DNA from: a virus
Lineage: Duplodnaviria > Caudoviricetes
DNA length: 30,331 bases
Direction: 5' to 3' (one strand)
Virus record (IMG/VR): IMGVR_UViG_3300035007_000001
Location: 1-30,331 of that record
Below the pieces are notes generated by a model. It worked only from the letters and a program-made list of their open reading frames with translations. It was not told the origin of the DNA and did no database searches. Below are positions 8,086-16,512 of this stretch, piece after piece. A program made the position numbers and the translations under genes. How positions within the stretch are numbered: the stretch's first letter is position 1; each line of letters begins with the position of its first letter.

Positions 8086-9420
8086 GAGCAGCCCCCCGGT
8101 AGTGTGGCGTGTCTTACCGAGCATCAATTCTGTCAGCGCCCACACCAGCGCGTCGGCCCGGTCAGGTGATCCGTCCCCGACATAGCCAGACGGCGTAAAA
8201 TTGCTCATCTGGTCCTCAAGATCGGGGAAGTCGCCAACGTGGCTGACCTTGCCCTGCTCGTACAGCGCGGCGATCGGCTCGGCGCGAATGACCTTGCCAC
8301 GCGTCGCCGTCACCTCCTTGAAGCTGGCCTGCCGGTCGACGGTGTTGATGATCGCCTGCACCATTGCGCCGCCATAGTTACGCTCGGCAATGATCCGGTC
8401 GGCGTCGTATCGCTTGTACAGGTCAACCGCGCGCCGCGCCCAGCCTTCCGGGCTCATGTTGCAGGTTGCATCCTCCAGCACATAGGCACGGCCATCCACG
8501 CCCAGTCCAGCGACGATGATGCCGATGTCGTCTCCCTTGCCGTCGCCCTTGGTGCCGCTGGGGTCGACCGCCACGACGATCCGCTGCATCGTCGGCTTCT
8601 GGGCCGCCGTGATGCGTGTCCGATCGATGCCGGGTATCTCGCGGCCATCCTCCGCCGTTCGATCCTCAAGCGCCCACAGAGCGCCTGCGACCTCCGAGGC
8701 CCATTCCCCTGCCTCGAAGCGCAATCGCTGCGCAGCGGACATGCTGGCGAGGATTTCGAAGTATTTGGCCGGTAGGTTCTGGCTGTTGTCGCGCGGGTTG
8801 AGCTGCATCTCGACGTAATCGTCCGGGTTGGGCAGCTTCTCCTTGGTGCCGGGCTTCATCTTCGAGCGGAAGACCACGTAGCTCCAGTGCAGCTTAGACG
8901 GCGGGTTGCAGTCGAAATAGGCCTTGAGCGCGAGGTGCGTCCGGCCAGTTGCAGCCGCGATCTCAGGCGCAAGCTCGACGTTCTGCGCAAGACGCGACAT
9001 CGCCATTTCGACCGAGCCCCATGCTATCTGGGATGACTCGTTGAAATACAGGGTGGCAAACTCCTGACCGAGCACCTTCTCCACGCGTTCCTTGTCGTCT
9101 AGGCCGCCAATCCAGATCTGCGAGCCGTTCGGCAACTCGACATAGAAATCGGTGCGGTTCCACGACACGCGCAGGGTCGGGAAGCACAGCTTCAGCACCT
9201 TGGGCATCGTGTCGGACCAGATCGACGTCTTCGCGTGGTTGAAGCGGAAACGCCAGATCGCATGACGGCTACCGGGGGCGTTGATAGCGCGTTGAAGGAT
9301 CGCCCTTACCAGTAGGAAGGTTTTGCCCGATCGCGATCCGCCACGCAGCATGATATTGCCCGCTTCGGATGCCAGCAGGCGGTTAGCGTCGCGCTGGCGG
9401 GGGGTTAATTGGGCCGCCAT
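8083..9420 (-). CDS. terL: Terminase large subunit
   Basis: Walker A GGSRSGKT, Walker B LYFNE, CNP coupling motif, nuclease VAVDPS and SPDRADA. Confidence 0.95.
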   Translation of the reverse strand: MAAQLTPRQRDANRLLASEAGNIMLRGGSRSGKTFLLVRAILQRAINAPGSRHAIWRFRFNHAKTSIWSDTMPKVLKLCFPTLRVSWNRTDFYVELPNGSQIWIGGLDDKERVEKVLGQEFATLYFNESSQIAWGSVEMAMSRLAQNVELAPEIAAATGRTHLALKAYFDCNPPSKLHWSYVVFRSKMKPGTKEKLPNPDDYVEMQLNPRDNSQNLPAKYFEILASMSAAQRLRFEAGEWASEVAGALWALEDRTAEDGREIPGIDRTRITAAQKPTMQRIVVAVDPSGTKGDGKGDDIGIIVAGLGVDGRAYVLEDATCNMSPEGWARRAVDLYKRYDADRIIAERNYGGAMVQAIINTVDRQASFKEVTATRGKVIRAEPIAALYEQGKVSHVGDFPDLEDQMSNFTPSGYVGDGSPDRADALVWALTELMLGKTRHTTGGLL

Positions 9421-9474
9421 CTATCTAGCGAGAAACCATGTTATCGCTAGAAACAACTGGCAAATTTGAGGTCA

Positions 9475-9903
9475 TTACAGCCCCGCATCTTCGCTGTTGA
9501 CGGTGATGGCGACGCCGCCCGTGTGCTCGTGCTCGATCTTGTCGCCATAGACCTTCGGCCGCAATTTACCGGCCATCCACTTGCGAGCCTCGATGCGTAG
9601 TTTCGACCGCTGAATATGCTCGTGGTTCAGGATCTCCTCGGTCGATCCGTCTTCCCGGCGCCGTTCCATCCAGTCGTTCGAACCGTCGTCAGCGATGTCC
9701 AGCATCTCGTCAAACAGGGCGTCAGCCTGGGCCTCGCGCGCACGCGCGTAACGCTCCCGGAAGTCGGCGAAACGCTCATCCGCCAACCAACGGAAAACGG
9801 TCGACTGCGACGGCATGCCCTCGTCGCTGCAGATGGACCGAAGGCTACGTGCGTCAGCCAATGCGTCGCAGATTTTGTCCGCGATCTCTTCAGAATAGAT
9901 CAT
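9475..9903 (-). CDS. terS: Terminase small subunit (Sf6-like)
   Basis: SLRSIC...MPSQSTVFRWL, YARARE, RKWMAGKLRPKVYGD. Confidence 0.9.
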   Translation of the reverse strand: MIYSEEIADKICDALADARSLRSICSDEGMPSQSTVFRWLADERFADFRERYARAREAQADALFDEMLDIADDGSNDWMERRREDGSTEEILNHEHIQRSKLRIEARKWMAGKLRPKVYGDKIEHEHTGGVAITVNSEDAGL

Positions 9904-10400
9904 GGAAGCACCACCGTCTGGCGAGGATCTTTGGCAAGCTTAGCCCAAGCTCCAACATACCAATCATAGAATGATTTTGTATCACCCCACACCCGTTCAA
10001 CAAGCGCGATCGTAGCCTGTGGTATTGTATCAATCCAATAATCATATGGCTTGATCGCCGCGATGTTGAGAGCAATGCGTTCTGCTTGTGCTTCGGTTGA
10101 AGACACCGTGCCTCCAGCGATATTGGTAAGCCCGACCCCGTCCGCAATCAAACCGCGCTCCATTGCGAAGGCATCTGCCTCACTTAGATCGACAGCCACG
10201 AAATCCACGCGGACATTTTGTCCACCCGCAATTATCTCGGCGATCCTACGGCATTTGGCACCATTATCGATGACGCCGCGACGAACATTCGCAGCATGGG
10301 TATAGGCACGGCGCCCCGTCCCCTTGCCGATATAGAACGGCTGGTCGTCTCGTGGGTCAACAAGGCGGTACACGTAGAACCGCTGTTGCTTGGGGGTCAC
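9900..10400 (-). CDS. GIY-YIG endonuclease (LEM-3-like)
   Basis: FYVY.LVDPR...PFYIGKG...R, EA.AFAME..LI, LTN motifs. Confidence 0.85.
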   Translation of the reverse strand: MTPKQQRFYVYRLVDPRDDQPFYIGKGTGRRAYTHAANVRRGVIDNGAKCRRIAEIIAGGQNVRVDFVAVDLSEADAFAMERGLIADGVGLTNIAGGTVSSTEAQAERIALNIAAIKPYDYWIDTIPQATIALVERVWGDTKSFYDWYVGAWAKLAKDPRQTVVLP

Positions 10401-10630
10401 GACACCACCCCCGGCAACACCACCTGCCCAGTCTTGCGGTAGACCTCACGAGCCTCATCCAGCGCCGATCCACCCGCCATGGCCATCCACGCCACAAGCC
10501 GGTCGGTCCGCGCGCCATAGACCCGCTCCAGCTTACGCCAGCCGCCTTTGATGAATGTGGTCGCAAACTCACCGGGCTCACCGGGTAGCGGCAATGGGGC
10601 CTTGGTCGATTGTCCGAGCATCAACGTCAT
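10397..10630 (-). CDS. Hypothetical phage protein
   Basis: 77 aa, GGAAGG RBS, GTGA coupling to next gene. Confidence 0.7.
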   Translation of the reverse strand: MTLMLGQSTKAPLPLPGEPGEFATTFIKGGWRKLERVYGARTDRLVAWMAMAGGSALDEAREVYRKTGQVVLPGVVS

Positions 10631-10641
10631 ATCACCTTCCC

Positions 10642-11187
10642 TTAGGCGTCGATGAGGCCACCATTGGCCTCCGTTGCGAGTTCCAGAAATTCGAGGCGGA
10701 CCGACTTTGTCGCGCGGTTCCAGGCGTGCTGGATCGTGGTCAGCTGTCGGTGCGCAGGATCGTCGTCTTCCATCGGCAGCCGCTGCTCGATCGCAGCCTT
10801 GTGTTCGATCGCGGCAATGCGGGTTTCGCGGGGGTCGAGGTGACCAGCCTTTGCGTCCTTCAGCACACGCAGCGCCTCATCGGCCGGTAGCGTGGCCACC
10901 GCCTCATGATGCTGGAACGTCAACGCCGTGTCCCTCATGTGCGGTGGGAAGGCTGCCGCCACCTTGGCAGCCGACTTCAGCGCCTTCGGTGCGATGCCCA
11001 GCTCGTCGGCCAGGAAGTCGAACCCCGCCTGATCAACAAAGCGTTCAAGCCCAACATTCAGCCAGTCAGCCAAAAGCCAGCTGGCTTTTTCACGATCAGC
11101 GAGCAGCCGTTTGCCCTCTGCCACCCATGACTGAAACCCAGTTATGTCAGATACGCTCGGAGGCAGGACAGTCATAAGCGCGTTCAT
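10642..11187 (-). CDS. LmbU-like transcriptional regulator
   Basis: SWLLADW and AFPPHMRDTALTFQHHEAVATLP resemble LmbU-family motifs (W-x-x-G-D-W; LSF-x-HH-x-EVA-x-LP); start at ATG 11187 after GGAGG. Confidence 0.6.
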   Translation of the reverse strand: MNALMTVLPPSVSDITGFQSWVAEGKRLLADREKASWLLADWLNVGLERFVDQAGFDFLADELGIAPKALKSAAKVAAAFPPHMRDTALTFQHHEAVATLPADEALRVLKDAKAGHLDPRETRIAAIEHKAAIEQRLPMEDDDPAHRQLTTIQHAWNRATKSVRLEFLELATEANGGLIDA

Positions 11188-11218
11188 TGTGCCGCCTCCA
11201 CCTTGCTCAGGTCGTCGC

Positions 11219-11470
11219 TCATGCTGCGTCTCCACGGGTTGCATCCCGGATCACCGCATCCCGCACGGCAATGCCGAAAGGGTCGGTGAGGCGGACTTTT
11301 GCGGGGCTGTACGGCTCGACCATATCGGATGGCAGCCGCAATCGGCGGTCCACCAAGTAACCGGCTCCAACGATGAAAGACGACTGCCGAACATGACTCC
11401 ATTGCAGGTCAGTCAGACGACCAGCAGCAGCTTGAACAGCACGGCGTTTGCGCTTGTCAGCCTTGCTCAC
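11219..11470 (-). CDS. Hypothetical phage protein
   Basis: 83 aa, coupled overlaps at both ends. Confidence 0.6.
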   Translation of the reverse strand: MSKADKRKRRAVQAAAGRLTDLQWSHVRQSSFIVGAGYLVDRRLRLPSDMVEPYSPAKVRLTDPFGIAVRDAVIRDATRGDAA

Positions 11471-11742
11471 GCCCCCGCCTCCTCGCTGGTGGGGAGGGAG
11501 ACGGCCGCAGCTTTCAGAGCTAGGCCACGCTCATGCCCGATCACGCGATAAGCTGTGACGGCATCCCACTCGCAGAAGAAATCGTCCTGGTGCTCGTCAT
11601 CGAATACCTGATGTTCGCAGTTCCACGGCCGCGTTAGTAGGTCGCCTTTGTACAACACCAGACACTCGACATACTCGTACCGGGCGACACCGGGCTTGGC
11701 TGGCATGTCGCCGATGCTTTTCGGTGCGATCCAATCCGTCAC
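11467..11742 (-). CDS. Hypothetical phage protein (DUF551-like pattern)
   Basis: Starts MTDWI...MP and has VTAYR near the end; GGAGAG RBS. Confidence 0.65.
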   Translation of the reverse strand: MTDWIAPKSIGDMPAKPGVARYEYVECLVLYKGDLLTRPWNCEHQVFDDEHQDDFFCEWDAVTAYRVIGHERGLALKAAAVSLPTSEEAGA

Positions 11743-11743
11743 G

Positions 11744-11887
11744 TCACTCTCCCATCATCTTGAGGTAAAATCCGACCGTCTCGGGCGAGAGGCCGTAGTG
11801 CTTGGCTGCGGCGTCGGGGCGCTGCACGGCGGCAAGGCGGATGTCCTTGCGCTTCATCGTGTCGAGGATGAGCTTCATCAGGCTCAC
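11744..11887 (-). CDS. 47-aa protein not in ORF track (MSLMKLILD...AAKHYGLSPETVGFYLKMMGE)
   Basis: GTGA overlap with upstream stop, fills the gap exactly; HTH-like AKHYGLSPETV. Confidence 0.65.
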   Translation of the reverse strand: MSLMKLILDTMKRKDIRLAAVQRPDAAAKHYGLSPETVGFYLKMMGE

Positions 11888-12555
11888 GCCGCGATGCCCT
11901 TCTCAGCGCGCTTCTTTGCGGCTTCCTCAGCCTCGATCGCGTCGAGCACTTCCGCGCTGATCCCCATCGCCAGATAATCGGCACGGGTCGGCTTGCGGCA
12001 AGGGCGATCAGGATCCAGCGACATCGGCGCGGGCCGTCCGGTCGTCGTGTCCGCAGCCTTCGAATACCGACCAACCGAGAATTGCTTGCAGATGGCGTCG
12101 ACTTCATCAGAGGTCGGGCGCTCACCGCCAGGCGCAGGCAAGATGTTTGGAGCATTGTCCGCCCCATCCCACACGCGGTTAGATGCCGTGCGGTTGTGCG
12201 AGGCGCGAAGCCGGTCAACTTCCTTGATGATCGCGGGAACGATCTTTGACGGATGATCGGCCGTCGACATTGCCGCCTTGGCGCCAGCGCGCAGCAGGTC
12301 GACCGGGATGTCAGCCAGGGCGATTGTGGCGCTTTCCAGCCAGATGTCTTGAGCATCGCCAGTCATGCCGACCGGTGCGACCAGGCTGAAGCACGGCGTG
12401 ATGATCGAAATGAATTCTTGCTCACTGGGCAGCACGGCGTGCGAGCCAGCGTTCAGCGGCGTCGAGAGGCGTGCTCCTTCCGCCCGGCGAGCCACCTGAC
12501 CCACCGTTTCCGCCCATACGCTGGGCCGTTCCGTTTCGTGATGATGCTCGGTCAT
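11884..12555 (-). CDS. Replication-associated protein (lambda P position)
   Basis: Follows and overlaps the initiator-like gene; GAGGG RBS; W...LADIP.DLL pattern. Confidence 0.6.
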   Translation of the reverse strand: MTEHHHETERPSVWAETVGQVARRAEGARLSTPLNAGSHAVLPSEQEFISIITPCFSLVAPVGMTGDAQDIWLESATIALADIPVDLLRAGAKAAMSTADHPSKIVPAIIKEVDRLRASHNRTASNRVWDGADNAPNILPAPGGERPTSDEVDAICKQFSVGRYSKAADTTTGRPAPMSLDPDRPCRKPTRADYLAMGISAEVLDAIEAEEAAKKRAEKGIAA

Positions 12556-13126
12556 AACTACCCTCGATCAAGCGGTTGAAGCTTTTGGGCTGAAGGAGAA
12601 AATCGAAGTCGGCTCGCCATCCGTCCGTGCTGTCGCCTCGGCAGAACGGGGATCGTTCGACCGCCGCGATGGCCTCGGTGAATTGCTCCCAACTGGCGTC
12701 GGCAAGGCGGGCGCGGATTTTCTTCCGGCGATCCTCGGTCAGCTTGCTCACCCGGCTCAGGCCGGTTCGGCTGGCCATGGCGTTCCAGAGGTCCACTGCC
12801 TCCGAAACCCGGTCGTCCTCGCGCACGCGGGGTATATATACCGGGTGGGTGGGGGCGGGGGGTTGGTTGGGGGTGCAGGGGGAAGGAAGGGGGGAGGGGG
12901 AGGGAGGGGCATTCCCACTTTCCACGGATTCCGCGGATTCCAGTGGAATTCCGGTGGAATTTGCAGCCTTGGCAGCCCGCTTACGCTCGCGATCCCAAGC
13001 ACGCCGCTTTTCTGCGGCAGCATCCTTCGGCTGCGCTGCCTCCATCTCCGCAATTGCTGCGACCAAGGCATCCCCGGTCACACCAGCAGCGAGCAAATGC
13101 TTTACGGCTGTCGCGATGACGCTCAT
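12422..13126 (-). CDS. Phage replication initiator-like protein
   Basis: C-terminal WN....GL.RV.KLT..R, GWRADFDFLL.PKSF..LIEGSY; internal iteron-like repeats. Confidence 0.75.
   Translation of the reverse strand: MSVIATAVKHLLAAGVTGDALVAAIAEMEAAQPKDAAAEKRRAWDRERKRAAKAANSTGIPLESAESVESGNAPPSPSPLPSPCTPNQPPAPTHPVYIPRVREDDRVSEAVDLWNAMASRTGLSRVSKLTEDRRKKIRARLADASWEQFTEAIAAVERSPFCRGDSTDGWRADFDFLLQPKSFNRLIEGSYDRASSRNGTAQRMGGNGGSGGSPGGRSTPLDAAERWLARRAAQ
12831..12961. repeat. Probable phage origin: GGTATATATACC palindrome, G-tract and TTCC-N-GGA(A) repeats
   Basis: Palindrome 12831-12842; G runs 12843-12909; TTCCACGGA TTCCGCGGA TTCCAGTGGAA TTCCGGTGGAA from 12920. Confidence 0.6.
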
Positions 13127-13425
13127 GCGCGCGCCTTTCTAGGTGCATCCCAATGGCGCTTTGAGCGGTTGCAAGACCGGCAAGCGACGCAGACATTATC
13201 AAGCGTGTTTTCACCGCCCCGGATACGGGGGATGATGTGATCGACTTCGAAGGGGCCGTCGCCGTCACCGCAGTATGCGCACCGCTCCCCGTCGCGCTCG
13301 AACGCCATGATGCGAAGCTTTGCCCAAGGGATCTGACGCGCAGCCGCAGCCTCGACCACAGCAAGCAGCATTTCAGGGGTGGCACCATTGGCGACCATGG
13401 CGCGGAAGACGGCGGGATCAATCAT
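13123..13425 (-). CDS. HNH endonuclease
   Basis: RDGERCAYCG, VDHIIP...GG.N...N...ACRSCNRSK; ATGA-coupled start at 13425. Confidence 0.9.
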   Translation of the reverse strand: MIDPAVFRAMVANGATPEMLLAVVEAAAARQIPWAKLRIMAFERDGERCAYCGDGDGPFEVDHIIPRIRGGENTLDNVCVACRSCNRSKRHWDAPRKARA

Positions 13426-13790
13426 GCCGCCACCGGCAGCGCATAGCGCTTCCACAGGCCACGCAGGACCTTGACCAACTCCGCGCAATACAGACGACGC
13501 GCAGCCGCTTCCTCATGGTCAGCAAGCCACTGGTAGGTATCCACCATGTCGAAAATCCAGCACCGGACGAACGCCAGAGGCGGTTCGCCATGATCGTTCA
13601 GCCGCGCGTCAATCAGAGCGCTGGTCTGGTCGAATTCTTCCGGCGTATAGCTGTCCATGTCGACGCGACGCGCTATGGCGAAGCGGCCGTACATAATCGT
13701 GGCCCAAGCACCGAAATGGGCAGCATCGCCCTTCTCACGCAGTGCGTGAATTTCGGGCTGGACCCGCCAGTTATACGCCGGGACGCTCAC
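13422..13790 (-). CDS. Hypothetical phage protein
   Basis: 122 aa, coupled at both ends. Confidence 0.7.
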   Translation of the reverse strand: MSVPAYNWRVQPEIHALREKGDAAHFGAWATIMYGRFAIARRVDMDSYTPEEFDQTSALIDARLNDHGEPPLAFVRCWIFDMVDTYQWLADHEEAAARRLYCAELVKVLRGLWKRYALPVAA

Positions 13791-14221
13791 AGGGCCCTCA
13801 CGCTCACGCAGGCACCAGGCTCTTCGCCATAGCGCTTGGTAGCGATCACACGCACGATCTGGCAGTCGTCAGTGAAGACGACGCCGTTCATGCCATCAGT
13901 GACGGCCTTGAGGTAATTGTCGAGGTCGCCACCACCACGAGGGCCACCATCCGCCTGGATCTTGCCGTCGATTGCCAGCGAGCGATCGCGCTTGGGCCAT
14001 GACTTCGGGATAGGCAGGCTGAAATGCGCTTCCAGTTCGACCGGCCCGCCATACGCCGACAGATCGGCCATGGCGTCCTGGGCAGCCTTGCGAACAATGT
14101 TCTCAAACGTGCGGGTCTTTGCCGGGGTGTAGGTCCGGGCAAATCCGCCGCGTGTTGACAGGCGCGGCCGTCCCTTCGGAACCGGCGCGCCGTCAACCGT
14201 AAAGGACGCCACGAGAGTCAC
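13787..14221 (-). CDS. rusA: RusA-family Holliday junction resolvase
   Basis: [38 protein letters not shown]. Confidence 0.92.
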   Translation of the reverse strand: MTLVASFTVDGAPVPKGRPRLSTRGGFARTYTPAKTRTFENIVRKAAQDAMADLSAYGGPVELEAHFSLPIPKSWPKRDRSLAIDGKIQADGGPRGGGDLDNYLKAVTDGMNGVVFTDDCQIVRVIATKRYGEEPGACVSVRAL

Positions 14222-14475
14222 AGCAGTGCGTACTGCATGCCGAGGGCAGACAGGTACGTCTCAAGGATTGCCTGCTCTTCCTGAACCGCCTCGCGCTTCT
14301 TTTTGCGTAGCGCGACGATCTTCTTGATCGCCTTTGGGTCGTACCCGCGAGCCTTGGCCTCGGCATGAACATCCTTGATGTCGTCCGAGATGCCCTTCTT
14401 CTCTTCTTCCAGACGCTCGACGCGCTCGATCAGCAGGCGCAGCTCATCGGCTGCGACGTTGGAAACGTTCGACAT
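14218..14475 (-). CDS. gapR: GapR/DUF2312 DNA-binding protein
   Basis: [35 protein letters not shown] signature. Confidence 0.92.
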   Translation of the reverse strand: MSNVSNVAADELRLLIERVERLEEEKKGISDDIKDVHAEAKARGYDPKAIKKIVALRKKKREAVQEEQAILETYLSALGMQYALL

Positions 14476-15101
14476 TACAGGCTCCCTGTGGCGACGCCGC
14501 CCAGCGTGAAGGCTGGTTCAGCTTTTGATTTGCGGTGGATCTCGACCAGCTTGCTGCCGGAATTGAGCAGGGCCATCTGCCGCTCGAACGGGCTCAGTTC
14601 CCGGAGGCGACGGCGCTCTTGGACCGCCATGTCCCGTTCGATGATGCCGCGAGCCTCAGCGGCGCGCATGCCGCCTTTGACCAATCGCCGGTATTCTTCG
14701 CGACGATCGTCGGGGCACCATGCGAATTGCCTGGCGAGGCGTTGCGCCGCTTGGTCTTTGGCCCAAGTCGACCAGTCGCGATCAGTGTCCTTGTGCCACT
14801 GGCTGAAATTCTGACCGGCACGTTCGCGGTGAGCCTGCGCCATCTCCGGATTGTCTCGGAAAGACTGCTTCTTAGCCTCACTGACTTTGCGCCGCGCTTC
14901 CGGATCCGCGTAGCGATCCTTCATCATCTGCGAACGCACAGCCCGAAATTCCGGGTCTTCCATCTTAGCAGTAAGCTTTGCCTGCCATTGAGCCTTGTAG
15001 ACTGGATCGGCATAGCGGCGCTTGGAGCCGCAGGAACGACAGAACCCGCTCTTATTCAGTTTGCCCAGCGGCGCGGTGCAATCGGTGCAGAAGCCGTTCA
15101 T
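14475..15101 (-). CDS. Hypothetical protein with N-terminal Cys4 finger and NUMOD3-like DP repeats
   Basis: CTDC...CRSC; YADP.Y/EDPEF/YADPEA repeats. Confidence 0.7.
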   Translation of the reverse strand: MNGFCTDCTAPLGKLNKSGFCRSCGSKRRYADPVYKAQWQAKLTAKMEDPEFRAVRSQMMKDRYADPEARRKVSEAKKQSFRDNPEMAQAHRERAGQNFSQWHKDTDRDWSTWAKDQAAQRLARQFAWCPDDRREEYRRLVKGGMRAAEARGIIERDMAVQERRRLRELSPFERQMALLNSGSKLVEIHRKSKAEPAFTLGGVATGSL

Positions 15102-15238
15102 GCCTCAGCACTCCGGTAGCCCTTAGACCACTGGCGCGAATATTCGGTGCCAAGCGGGTAGGGGTTGGATTGGAAAGGCTGGCGCTTGGTAGCCGCGACC
15201 GCGCCATCAAGGCGGGCTTGCTGGAATGCGGGTTTCAT
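15098..15238 (-). CDS. 46-aa Rmf/CrpP-like protein not in ORF track
   Basis: MKPAFQQARLDG...SNPYPLGTEYSRQWSKGY; ATGA-coupled both ends. Confidence 0.6.
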   Translation of the reverse strand: MKPAFQQARLDGAVAATKRQPFQSNPYPLGTEYSRQWSKGYRSAEA

Positions 15239-15399
15239 GCTCGCCACCCCATGCTGACAGTGCGCCCGGCTTCGACCTCACGACGCAAAGCGTCAGTGGT
15301 GGCGCGCTGACGATCCCGGTTGATGCCCTGGCGAGCACGCAGAATACGTGATGCATCCGATGCGGACGGCTCACGTGTGAAGAAGCGGAAGGGGTTCAT
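15235..15399 (-). CDS. 54-aa hypothetical protein not in ORF track (MNPFRFFTREPSASDA...)
   Basis: ATGA-coupled both ends, fills the gap exactly. Confidence 0.65.
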   Translation of the reverse strand: MNPFRFFTREPSASDASRILRARQGINRDRQRATTDALRREVEAGRTVSMGWRA

Positions 15400-15875
15400 G
15401 CGGCAGCCCCCACAACGGTAGGACGGCGCAACGCAGCGGCACGAGCCAGCTTGCGGTCAATGATCGCCTTTACCGCCCGAAGCTCCGGCTCCATGTCCAG
15501 CAACTCGCGGTGATCCACGATGCCATCGGACTCGGCTTCGACCATCTTGGCGAGCAGGGTGCAGATCGGTGCGCAGGCACGACCGGGTGCGACCGCATCG
15601 GCATCCTCAATCGGCGTGAGCTGGAGGCCGTAAAGCTCGCCGATATCACGTAGCGTGCCCGGTGCGACCTTCTCGACGTCGAACAGACGCTTAGGGTCCG
15701 TCGAGCCGCCATTCATGATCTTGTGAACTTGGCGGGTCGACAAATCCATGACGGCCGCCAACTGGCGCTGACCTCCGAGAGCGCGTTCGGCACGCGCCAG
15801 ACCCATCGTCATGGCAGATCGGAACTCAGCGTCCGAAATGTCCATATTGGGCAGAACGACACGACCGTCAGTCAT
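15396..15875 (-). CDS. CII-like HTH regulator
   Basis: GGQRQLAAVMDLSTRQVHKIMNG HTH, C-terminal SDGIVDHRE; position downstream of cro; GGGGAGG RBS. Confidence 0.65.
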   Translation of the reverse strand: MTDGRVVLPNMDISDAEFRSAMTMGLARAERALGGQRQLAAVMDLSTRQVHKIMNGGSTDPKRLFDVEKVAPGTLRDIGELYGLQLTPIEDADAVAPGRACAPICTLLAKMVEAESDGIVDHRELLDMEPELRAVKAIIDRKLARAAALRRPTVVGAAA

Positions 15876-16005
15876 TCGTATACGCCTCCCCATGAGTGGA
15901 ATCGATTACGGGATCATTGGCGGACGGCGGGATGGCGCGGGCGACGAGGAAGCCACTTGCGACGCTGGCCACCAGCCAGCCGGTGAGGAAAAGAGCGACG
16001 TTCAT
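15868..16005 (-). CDS. 45-aa single-TM protein not in ORF track
   Basis: MNVALFLTGWLVASVASGFLVARA..., GGAAAGG upstream. Confidence 0.55.
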   Translation of the reverse strand: MNVALFLTGWLVASVASGFLVARAIPPSANDPVIDSTHGEAYTND

Positions 16006-16008
16006 GTC

Positions 16009-16212
16009 TCAGCCTTTCCAGATGTGATCTGCGCAGCCACACAGGACCGCGCGGCAACGGGCGCAGGTCGGGGTTGGCGGGGTGGTGCCGATGACGGCAG
16101 CGATGGCGCGGGCTTGGAACAGCACCTTCACGCGAGCGAGGTCGGCGAGGACCGAATGCCGCGCCCAGCTGCCCGGCTCGCTGTCCTTGTCGATGGTGAC
16201 GGTCGGGCTCAT
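16009..16212 (-). CDS. Small Cys-containing hypothetical protein
   Basis: 67 aa, CARC...CGC, coupled to the cro stop. Confidence 0.6.
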   Translation of the reverse strand: MSPTVTIDKDSEPGSWARHSVLADLARVKVLFQARAIAAVIGTTPPTPTCARCRAVLCGCADHIWKG

Positions 16213-16418
16213 GCGGCCGATGCCTTCGACGGAAACCAGCTCTGCATGGTGACAGCGCCATTAGTCTTGGCTTCGATCTCTGCCGCGACCTCAAGCGTGG
16301 GACGAACAAGCCCCCGTCGAATGCGGTTGACGACCGTGCGGTCCTTGCCGATGAGCGCCGCGAAGGCCGCGTCATCGACGCCTGTCTGCTGCATATAGCT
16401 GGATAGGGGCGTGCTCAT
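16209..16418 (-). CDS. cro: Cro-like HTH protein
   Basis: 69 aa from ATG 16418; FAALIG....VNRIRRG..RP....A..IE..T.GAVT; divergent from cI. Confidence 0.88.
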   Translation of the reverse strand: MSTPLSSYMQQTGVDDAAFAALIGKDRTVVNRIRRGLVRPTLEVAAEIEAKTNGAVTMQSWFPSKASAA

Positions 16419-16424
16419 GGACGC

Positions 16425-16453
16425 ACAATGTGCATATACTGCACAGCAGTCAA
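16425..16453 (-). promoter_or_regulatory. PR-like promoter (TTGACT-N17-CATTGT), probably leaderless cro mRNA
   Basis: -10 ends 6 nt before the cro ATG; operator lies in the spacer. Confidence 0.7.
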
Positions 16454-16504
16454 GCTTTATGTGTGCAGACAATGCGCACGACATACATGTGCGCCCGGTG
16501 CACA
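16429..16504. promoter_or_regulatory. Three OR-like operators TGTGCA-N5-TGCACA
   Basis: 16429-16445 perfect; 16462-16478 and 16488-16504 one mismatch each. Confidence 0.88.
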
Positions 16505-16512
16505 AGGGCGGG

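Noticed and set aside
11739-12356. 205-aa minus-strand ORF
   Set aside because: Overlaps better-supported 11884-12555 and 11744-11887 genes; Arg/Ser-rich off-frame composition.
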